DNA from: Acidimicrobiales bacterium | GTDB lineage: Bacteria > Actinomycetota > Acidimicrobiia > Acidimicrobiales > GCA-2861595 | Assembly (NCBI GenBank): GCA_035526335.1 | Contig: DATLCN010000046.1 | Location: forward strand, 45,251-109,250 | Reading direction: 5' to 3' | DNA length: 64,000 nucleotides | Shown: positions 43,253 through 51,600 of the stretch, piece after piece | How positions within the stretch are numbered: the first letter of the stretch is position 1 | Layout of the letters: every line of letters starts with the position of its first letter | The notes under the pieces: model-generated | Told to the model about the DNA's origin: nothing | The model's database searches: none | Seen by the model: the letters and a program-made list of their open reading frames with translations, nothing else | Program-made: the position numbers and the translations under genes

Positions 43253-44740
43253 ATGCGTTCGCTTACGAATGGATCAGGCTTGAAGGGAGCAGGTGTATCC
43301 GCCGATCCGGCACGGCGGGGCCAATCGGACGGTGTCAAGCGCGAGCAGGCCCGATCCGCAGTCTCGGCCCGGTCCCGGTCCAGGTCCGTGACGATTCTCA
43401 CCGTCCTCTCCGCTGTGCTCGACGGGCTCGCCGTCGCCGGCGCCTTCACGTTGAACGCCGAGGCGGCTCCGGGTGAGCGCAGCACGATCGTGGCCATGGT
43501 GGCCGTCGTCTTCGCGGCTGTGCTCGTGGGGCTCAAGGACCGCCGCCGGCTCCTGGCGCCTGTGGAGGAACTTCGGAGACTCGTGAAGGGCGTTTCCGCC
43601 GGTGCGGTCGGCATCGTGCTCGTGTCCTTCGCCCTCCATGTCGAGGTGTCCCGGGGTTGGGTCGTGGCCCTCTGGGCGACCAGCACGGCTACGGTCGGCC
43701 TGTCGCGCCTGATAGCTCGCGCCACGATCAAATCGCTCAATAGCCGTCGTGTACTCGGTCGGGCGACGCTGGTCGTGGGAACCAACGACGAGGCCAGGAT
43801 CATCGCCCGCATCCTGGAGCGTCAGCCTTGGCGGGGATATCACGTGGCCGGCTTCGTCTCCGTGGGACCTCTGGCGACGGCTCGGCTGGATGGCCATGCC
43901 GTCGTCGGAACCACCGCTCAGGTGGCTGACGCAGTGGCGCGCCACGAGGCCGGCGTGGTGATCATCGCCGGTACGGCCACGCCGCCGGCAGAGCTCCTCG
44001 AACTGACCCGCGTCCTGGAGCTCCTCGACGTCGAGGTACGCATCTCGCCAGGGCTTCCCCATGTCGCAGCTTCCAGGATGACGGTCGCCGCGATGGACGG
44101 GCTGGCCATGCTCTGTCTCCGGAAGCCGCAGTTCACCAGGTTCCAGTCCCGGGTGAAGCGCTCCTTCGACCTGGTCGTGGCGTCGATTCTCGCTGTCATC
44201 CTGGCGCCGGTGGCATTGGTCATCGCCATGGCCGTGTGGTTCAGCAGCGGCCGGCCGGTTATCTTCCGCCAGCTGCGCGTGGGTGCCGGCGGAAAGTTGT
44301 TCACGATCTACAAGTTCCGCACCATGGTGCCAGATGCCGAATTACGGCTCGACGAGGTGCTCGGGCAGAACCAGGCCGACGGGTTGCTGTTCAAGCTCCA
44401 CGACGACCCCCGCGTCACACGGCTGGGACGGGTGCTGAGGCGTTGGGGTCTCGACGAGCTCCCCCAGCTCGTCAACGTGTTGAAGGGAAACATGAGCATG
44501 GTGGGGCCCCGGCCGGCCCTGCTGACGGAGACCACGAGCTACGACGAGAGAATGAGGAGCCGCCTGAGGGTGCTTCCCGGCCTCACCGGCCTCTGGCAGG
44601 TCAACGGCCGCCACGAGCTCCTCTTCGACGACTACATCCGTTACGACCTCTACTACGTGGACAACTGGTCGTTGGGTCTCGACCTGTGGGTCATCGCCAA
44701 GACGATTCCCGCTCTGCTGACCCGCCGAGGATCCCATTGA
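43253..44740 (+). CDS. Polyprenyl-phosphate glycosyl-1-phosphate transferase (WbaP/CpsE-type priming sugar transferase)
   Basis: C-terminal bacterial sugar transferase domain: KRSFDLVVA, IFRQLRVG..GKLFTIYKFRTM, DELPQLVNVLKGNMSMVGPRP and PGLTGLWQV. TM segments lie N-terminal to it. Confidence 0.88.
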   Translation: MRSLTNGSGLKGAGVSADPARRGQSDGVKREQARSAVSARSRSRSVTILTVLSAVLDGLAVAGAFTLNAEAAPGERSTIVAMVAVVFAAVLVGLKDRRRLLAPVEELRRLVKGVSAGAVGIVLVSFALHVEVSRGWVVALWATSTATVGLSRLIARATIKSLNSRRVLGRATLVVGTNDEARIIARILERQPWRGYHVAGFVSVGPLATARLDGHAVVGTTAQVADAVARHEAGVVIIAGTATPPAELLELTRVLELLDVEVRISPGLPHVAASRMTVAAMDGLAMLCLRKPQFTRFQSRVKRSFDLVVASILAVILAPVALVIAMAVWFSSGRPVIFRQLRVGAGGKLFTIYKFRTMVPDAELRLDEVLGQNQADGLLFKLHDDPRVTRLGRVLRRWGLDELPQLVNVLKGNMSMVGPRPALLTETTSYDERMRSRLRVLPGLTGLWQVNGRHELLFDDYIRYDLYYVDNWSLGLDLWVIAKTIPALLTRRGSH

Positions 44741-44749
44741 GGATCGGGG

Positions 44750-45955
44750 TCAGCCGGCTGGTTCCGCCCGGGGATCGCCGCTGACCGCTGAAAGGTATTC
44801 GCACAGGTGGGCGGGATCGCCGGTGGGACGGAGCCACTCCAGCGAGACGTCCGGGCCCCGCTCCTCTCGATCGGACCTGGCCGTCAATCGCCGCGAGGCG
44901 CTGACGGCCAGCGCCCCCAGGCTCGATCGCAGGTCGGCGCGGGTGGCCCGGGCCACCATGGTTGCCGGCGACGCTGGTTGTGAGGTCCGCTCGACCGGCC
45001 AGAGAGTGTCGGCCGCGGACACGACCGACCGCCACGCCCACCCCGACAGAGACCGCATCACCTCCGGGGGCACCGCGAAGCCGAGGGTGTCGCGGGCCCG
45101 AAGGAGCATGGTCGCCACTACCAGGTCGACCCGCCACGTCCTCGCCCGCCGGATCACCTCGTCCCAGTCGGGCGTGTCGTAGAGAACCGCCTGCTCGATG
45201 TCCTTCAGCCACCTGAGCTTGCCACCCCCTTCGCGGAACGAATGCACGGCGAGGTGGATGAGCAGGTCGCTCGGGTCGAGTGACCGGACCTGGTGATCGC
45301 CCACCCGGACAGGCCGGCACCGCTCCAGCATCGCCTCGGTCGGGATGGAGAAGCTTCCTCGTAGATCACCGTCGTAGAGCAGCTCCCAATGCAGGTCGAG
45401 GAGCGTCCCGTGTGGGAGCACGATGTTCACCTCTCCGGCCATCTGCTCCTTGGCGATCATCCAGTTACGGTCCACGAGCGGGCACCCGCTCGCCTCGAAG
45501 GCCCGGACCACGGTGGCGAAGTCGGCACGCGGGACGAGCAGGTCGAGGTCGCTGTAGCTCCGCAGGTCGTGGTGGCGGTAGACCGCCTCGGCCAGCACCG
45601 GGCCCTTGAGTACCGCCCAACTCACCCCGGTGCCGGCGAGGAGGCGGGCAACAGTCCGCAGATCGGCGAGTACCCGCAGGTGCGCTTCGAGCGACCGCCG
45701 GCGGGCCAGGTCGAGCCTTTCCAGCACCTGCTCCTCTACGCCGTCGAGGGACTTCAGGCTGTAATAGGCGCAGGCGGCGACTCCGTGGGTGATGGCTGCA
45801 TCAGGCAATGAGCTCAGGTCGGCACCGGCGACGAGGCGCCCCAGACCCGGTGGTGGGATCCCCCAGTCGTGCTCCGACGTGCACAGCGCCAGCACCCGGC
45901 CGCGGAGACGTGCCTGACGGGCGCCGGCGATGAGCCGACCAGCTTCAGCGAACAC
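44750..45955 (-). CDS. Uncharacterised nucleotidyltransferase family (NTP_transf_5-like) protein
   Basis: VLKGPVLAEAVYRHHDLRSYSDLDLLVPRADF...LDLHWEL is the pattern I associate with PF14907-type nucleotidyltransferases. Confidence 0.65.
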   Translation of the reverse strand: MFAEAGRLIAGARQARLRGRVLALCTSEHDWGIPPPGLGRLVAGADLSSLPDAAITHGVAACAYYSLKSLDGVEEQVLERLDLARRRSLEAHLRVLADLRTVARLLAGTGVSWAVLKGPVLAEAVYRHHDLRSYSDLDLLVPRADFATVVRAFEASGCPLVDRNWMIAKEQMAGEVNIVLPHGTLLDLHWELLYDGDLRGSFSIPTEAMLERCRPVRVGDHQVRSLDPSDLLIHLAVHSFREGGGKLRWLKDIEQAVLYDTPDWDEVIRRARTWRVDLVVATMLLRARDTLGFAVPPEVMRSLSGWAWRSVVSAADTLWPVERTSQPASPATMVARATRADLRSSLGALAVSASRRLTARSDREERGPDVSLEWLRPTGDPAHLCEYLSAVSGDPRAEPAG

Positions 45956-47468
45956 GGTTGAGGAGGTCGTCCCGGGCGTCGGTGAGCAGGTGCGGTGCGA
46001 ACATCAAAAGGTATGCGGAGTAGGCCGTGCCCCCGCCGGCGACGGAGGCGGCGAAGCGCAACCCGAAGCCCGTCGATTCGGGAACCATAACCAGTGCCAG
46101 CCACGCGCACAGGGCCATCGCGGCCGACGCCGCCGCCACCGGCACGACGGTCATCAGAAGTATGTGGACCCGGGTCTGGAGTGTCCTCGCCACCAGCCCG
46201 AGAGATACGGGCAACAGCAGGTAGCCGGCCACCGTGAACCCGGTGGCCACCCCGGCTATGCCATGGCCCACCCCAACGGCGAAGCCGATGACGTAGAAGA
46301 AGAATCCCGTGGCGGCCATCCAGAAGTCCAGGGACGGTTTGCCGATGGCCGAGTAGACGGCACCGTTGAGGCGGTTCATGGCGATGCGGGGGCCGTTGAG
46401 GGCGAGGATCTGCACGGTGGCCACCGCCGGCAACCAACGTGATCCGAACACGAGCGGTATCAACACCGGCGCCGTCACCGCGATCCCCAGTGAGGCCGGG
46501 AAGCAGAGGAGAGCGATGCTTCTGATAGCCCTGCAGAAGGCCGTCCGGATCCGCGCGATGTCGTGCTGGATCGAGGAGAACGCCGGGAACACGACGCTCC
46601 ACACGACGTCGGCCACCTTCTGGATGGGAAAGAGCATGAGCCGGTAGGCGAGGCCGTAGAAACCGAGCGCGGTCGCTCCCAGGACCTTCCCGACGATCAG
46701 ATTGTCGATGTTCGTCTGGCCGTAATAGATCAGCCTGAATCCCGAGGAATAGGCGCCGAAGCCGGCGAGGTCGGCCGCAGCGGCACGATTGATGCCGATT
46801 CGTGGGTGCCAGACACCTGCCCGCAGGGCGGCCAGGGCGACGGCGACGAACGCGACGAAGGTCTCGCCGAGCGAGTAGGCCACCAGAGCCCAGACACCGG
46901 CACCGAGGAAGGCCAGCACCACGCCGGCGACGCCTCCCACGCTCACGGCTATCACCGTCGACACCACGATGGGCCTGAACCGCAGCTCCCGTTGGAGGAG
47001 CTGCCTGGGCGCACCCTGGAGTGCCCGGAAGATAAAGGTGAGACTCATGACCAGGAGAACGGGATGGAGGTCCGGCTCCTCGAAGAAGCTGGCCAGGTGG
47101 GGCGATGACCAGGCGACCACGGCTGCCATCAGGAGTCCGGCCAGGCCGCTCAGGGTCGTGGCCGTGGTGACGTGTTCGGGCGACAACTCCCGCCGGTGGA
47201 CGAGGGCGGAACCGAAGCCGAGGTCCCCGAGCAGATCCGCCAGTTGCGTGACTATGAAGGCCATGGCGATGATGCCGAAATCGGCAGGAGCCACGAGCTT
47301 GGTCAGCACGGCCAGGATGGCGAGGCGGGCGAACTGCTGGAAGCCCTGGTCCACCATGCCCCATCGGAGGCCTGAGGTCACCTGGGCGCGGAGACCCGGT
47401 ACCTCCTCGGTCAACTGCACCGGCAGGTGGTCCTGGGTGGTGTCGCCGGCGTCAGGGCCTGTCAGCAC
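45945..47468 (-). CDS. Polysaccharide flippase (Wzx / MOP superfamily)
   Basis: About 12-14 TM segments. N-terminal GLRWGMVDQGFQQFARLAILAVLTKLVAPADFGIIAMAF is typical of Wzx-type polysaccharide biosynthesis proteins. Confidence 0.8.
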   Translation of the reverse strand: MLTGPDAGDTTQDHLPVQLTEEVPGLRAQVTSGLRWGMVDQGFQQFARLAILAVLTKLVAPADFGIIAMAFIVTQLADLLGDLGFGSALVHRRELSPEHVTTATTLSGLAGLLMAAVVAWSSPHLASFFEEPDLHPVLLVMSLTFIFRALQGAPRQLLQRELRFRPIVVSTVIAVSVGGVAGVVLAFLGAGVWALVAYSLGETFVAFVAVALAALRAGVWHPRIGINRAAAADLAGFGAYSSGFRLIYYGQTNIDNLIVGKVLGATALGFYGLAYRLMLFPIQKVADVVWSVVFPAFSSIQHDIARIRTAFCRAIRSIALLCFPASLGIAVTAPVLIPLVFGSRWLPAVATVQILALNGPRIAMNRLNGAVYSAIGKPSLDFWMAATGFFFYVIGFAVGVGHGIAGVATGFTVAGYLLLPVSLGLVARTLQTRVHILLMTVVPVAAASAAMALCAWLALVMVPESTGFGLRFAASVAGGGTAYSAYLLMFAPHLLTDARDDLLNRVR

Positions 47469-48636
47469 GGGCCTGGAACGCGGATTCGTACACCTCGAGC
47501 AGTGCGTCGACGTGCGCGTCCAGCGAGTAGCGCTCTGTCACCCGTTGGCGCCCCGCCCGCCCCAGCCGTTCGCGCTGCCCCGGATCGGACGCCACCTCCA
47601 CCAAGGTGGTCGCGGACGCAGTGGCATCCTCCATGTCGATCAGCCGGCCCGTGACCCCTTCCTCCAAAAGGTCCGTTATGCCGCCGGCGGTCGCGCCCAC
47701 CACGGCCCGTCCGGTGGCCCAGGCTTCGAGTACCACCCGCGCCGTACCCTCGCCTCGCGACGGCACGATGGTGAAATCGGCGGCCGACATCAGGGCGGGC
47801 ACGTCCGGTCGCGAGCCGAGGAAGTGGAGCCGGCTGCCGGCGGGGGATGCCGCCGCCTGCGCGATCAGGGCCCGTCGGATGTTCCGGCCCTCCGTGTACG
47901 TCGCACCGCCGGCATGTGCGACATGCAGCTTCGGGTCCTTCTCGAGGGCATCCAGCACGATCGGCACCAGGAGGTCCAGGCCCTTGAACCAGTGGAAGTT
48001 GGCCACCACCAGGCCGAGAACGGCTGTGTCCGGTATGCCGAGATCGCTCCTGACCTGCGACCGGTCGATCGGTTGAGGAAACCCTCCGCTGTCGATGCCG
48101 TTGGGGATGAAACGCACCGCCATGCCGGGAGCACCGACCTGATCCGCGGTGGCCGTGCTGTTGGTCACGACGAAGGCGCCGGCCTGCCTGAGCGATCGTG
48201 CAACCGGGACATGGCTCGGGACGCGGAGGTGGGCCACCACAGGGAGACCTGCGACGAGGGCCGATCTCGCGATCCTCTCGCACCGCGGCCCCAGATGCGA
48301 GACGTGGACGAGATCGAAGGATCCCGAGGTGGCGGCCCTCGAGATCAGCGGCGCGCGAAGAGGCCCGGGCGTACGCCTCGCCGCTCCAGGCAGCAGCTTC
48401 AGGCCCTTTTCCGTCGCTACCCGCGCCATCGGGCCGCGCCGCCCGGCAAACGCCAGCGTTACGTCGATCCCCCGCCCGGCCATGGTCTCGGCGGCCAGCA
48501 ACGTGCTCGTCTCGGCACCGGCCAGGTAGGCGTTCTCGGAGACGAGAAGGACGTGCCGGGGCCTCAAGGAGTCCGCAGGACGAGGACTCTCGTCGGCCTC
48601 CGCCGGCTCGGCCGCCGAGGCCGCCTCACAACGCAT
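47452..48636 (-). CDS. Glycosyltransferase, GT-B fold (GT4-like)
   Basis: C-terminal PSRGEGTARVVLEAWATGRAVVGATAGGITDLLEEGVTG (E-x7-E region). Start set at ATG 48636. Confidence 0.8.
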   Translation of the reverse strand: MRCEAASAAEPAEADESPRPADSLRPRHVLLVSENAYLAGAETSTLLAAETMAGRGIDVTLAFAGRRGPMARVATEKGLKLLPGAARRTPGPLRAPLISRAATSGSFDLVHVSHLGPRCERIARSALVAGLPVVAHLRVPSHVPVARSLRQAGAFVVTNSTATADQVGAPGMAVRFIPNGIDSGGFPQPIDRSQVRSDLGIPDTAVLGLVVANFHWFKGLDLLVPIVLDALEKDPKLHVAHAGGATYTEGRNIRRALIAQAAASPAGSRLHFLGSRPDVPALMSAADFTIVPSRGEGTARVVLEAWATGRAVVGATAGGITDLLEEGVTGRLIDMEDATASATTLVEVASDPGQRERLGRAGRQRVTERYSLDAHVDALLEVYESAFQARADRP

Positions 48637-51600
48637 CGATGCTGAAGCGGTCGTACACACCGACGATGGGCGTGGTGGAGCCCTGGTTCGACACGAGAAT
48701 GCCACCACGGGCCTGGCTGGAGAACCACCTCATGACATCGTTGGGAGCGGCGCTCGGTCCGAAGGTGGTGATATCAGCTCCGTTGCTCGAGTTCAAACGG
48801 TACGAGGCGGTCAGGGTACCGGCGGCGACATCTGCGGTGATGAAGAGGTCCAGTGTGCTGATCGTGCCGGGGCTCGGCAGTGCCGTCGGCCCGGCGAGGA
48901 TCGTCCCGGAGCCGTTCTGCTCGAAGAACAACGTGATGCTCGGCACGCCGTTGTGGTTCTCCACCTCCAACTTGAAGTAGTTGTTCTGGTCCGGCCCGAA
49001 GTAGACCGCTTTCTGTTGGAAGCCGGAGTTGAGATCGGTCGTGGGCCCGAGCAGCCGGGTCTGCACCCGTGTTTTACGCCGGGTGGCGTCATAACTCAAC
49101 TCCAACGCGTTGCGCTGCGTGTTGGTGCTGTTGGTGTTGGTGTCACCGGTGCTGGTGAGCCGGAGCACCCCGGCGGTGGTGTCGAGGTCGATGAGGCTCG
49201 GCACGTACTGGTTGGACGCCGCATTGGCCTGCACGCCGGTGAACCCGGTGCCTTCCCCGTCCTTGTCCGCCACAGTCCCGGTGACGGATGTCCCGAAACC
49301 GAGGTTGGTGGCGGCGCTACCGGCCGCCGGCCCGGGCGTCAGCTCGGGTGCGGCGTTGGTCAGGAGGAAGATGTAGTCCTGGTAGTCGTAGTTCTTGAAG
49401 TCGACGAGCTGTGAGACGTCGAAGGCGGCGATCCAGGTGTTCGGGATCGGGGTACCAGCGGGCGATTTCGCCGGATAGAAGCGGACCTGGTGGAACTTGG
49501 GGGACCCGTTCAGGCCGTCGTCGCTGAAGTCGGCCGCCTGGTAGCCGCCCCAGATGCCGAACACCGAGCTCGGGTTGAAAGTGGTGACGCCGCCGGCGTT
49601 GATCTGCGGGAAGAGCCGCTGGTTCTGCCCGCCGCTGGGATCGGTGCCACCGGAGAAGTTGAACATGGTGGTCTTGGTGCCCGGTGACCCCTTGGCATGC
49701 CAGCCGGCGTCACCGGTCGTGTAGGTCTCACGGGAGGAGTACCGGGCCAGCGGGGTCAGGCCCACCGGCTTGGACGTGTCCACCCTCCTCCAGTACGGCG
49801 AGATGATCTCGTCGCCCACCGGGAGCCGGTTGTTGCCGAGGAAATTCGACTCGGGACCGAAGTTCGTGGAATACCCGAGGCTGCGCCCCATCTGCGGCAG
49901 GGTCGGCTCGTTCCCGCCCTCGTAGTCGTTGCTGTCCAGGCCGGCCAGTGCCGTGGTGGCCGTCGGTAGTCCCGGGTCGTTGCCCTGGATGGTGAGGGTG
50001 GCGTAGTTCTCGACCCCCGTGGTGCTGGGCCGGAACTCAACGGAGACAGGGGCGGTGCCCCCGGGAGCCACGTTGAAGGACGTGGGCTGGCCGCTGGCCA
50101 GTCTGAACTTCGACGCCTGCGGCCCGGAGATGCCGACGCTGGTGACACTCAGGGTGCTCGTCCCCGAGTTGCGGATGGTGAGGGTCTTGCCGGGGCGCAC
50201 CTCCTCGTTGACGGTGCTGAACACGAGCCGGCTCGGCAGGAGCAACCAGTCGTCGGGGGACTCCACCCGCATGGCGGACGCACTGGCCGTGCGATTGATG
50301 GTGAAGCTACGGGTGGCTGATGCGCTGTTACCGGCTACGTCGCGCGCGGTGGCGACGACGGTGTGGGCACCCGACGTGGTGACCACGAAGGGGCCTCCAT
50401 AGGAAGTCGAAGCCCCACCGTCGAGGGTGTAGGTGGTGGAGGACACCCCCGAACCCGAATCGGTGGCGTTGATGGTCACGGTGACGTCGCTGCTGTAGGT
50501 CGTGGCGTCGGTGGCGGTTCCGGAGAGGCCGATGCCGACCTGTGGGGCGGTGGTGTCGGCGCTGGTGTCGACCCTGTCGATGTCGACGTAGTCGATCTTG
50601 GTGTTGGTGCCTCCTGCGGCGTCGAGAGTCAGGCGCCCGTCGGCCACGTTCACCCGGACGGTGTTGCTGCGGAAGGGATTGGAGCTGGTGGGCACGAAGT
50701 TGTCCACCGCCACCACGCCTTCGGCGGTGAGGCGGTGGGTGCTGTCGAAGGCGAAGGCATCTCCGACCGAAACGGTGACGTCGTAGGTGCCGGCGGCCAG
50801 TGCGTACTCCCACCGGCCGGGAACGGCCACGCCGTTGGTGCCGCTGTACTGCATGTGCAACAGCGTGTCGAGGCGCTGGTCGGCCACCAGGTCGCGGTCA
50901 CGGGCGTTGCCCACCAGCGACAGCGCCGAGGTGGAGGTCTGCGAGATCCAGCCGTATCCCCGGGTGGTGTCGAAGCCCTGGCCGTAGTCCAGCGAGTAAC
51001 CCGTGGCTACGGGAGCCGTCTGGGGCTGGAAGTTGACGCGGGCGACGGGCGTCCGGGTGGTGCCCGCAGCAGATGGGCGGAGCAGGGTGATCTTCCCACC
51101 TGCGCCGTCCGGGTCGCTGCCGTACTCGGCGACATAGACGTTGCCGTTGGCGCCGTTGACGGCAACGTCGAGAGGGTTGTACAGGCCGGCGGCCAGCTGC
51201 GTGGGGGTGCCGGGCTTCCCGCCGGCGTCGAGGCTCACGGCGATGATGTCGTCGCCGTTCGAATACTCGGCGATGAGCAGACTTCCCCGAAGGGCGCCAC
51301 CGAAGGCGTTGGAGGTGTACTCGGCGATGCCGTCGGCCGAGCGGTGGAGTCCGAGGTCGAGGGCCGGCGGCGCCCATCCGGGATCCGGGAGGATCCCCAC
51401 CGGGTACTGCGGGGTTTCGAACGGGTCGACGCCGCCGCTGGGGTTCCCCCCATTCAGTACGTACTGGCCACGGGAGGGGTTGGGATGGCCGTAGTAGCGC
51501 CCGGCGGTCGCCTTGGCCAGGAAGTCCCGACCGGCGGGCAGGTCGGTCAGCGCCGGCGGGTTGCCGGAGGGCCCGGACGGGGTGTTCCCGCCGGCTGATT

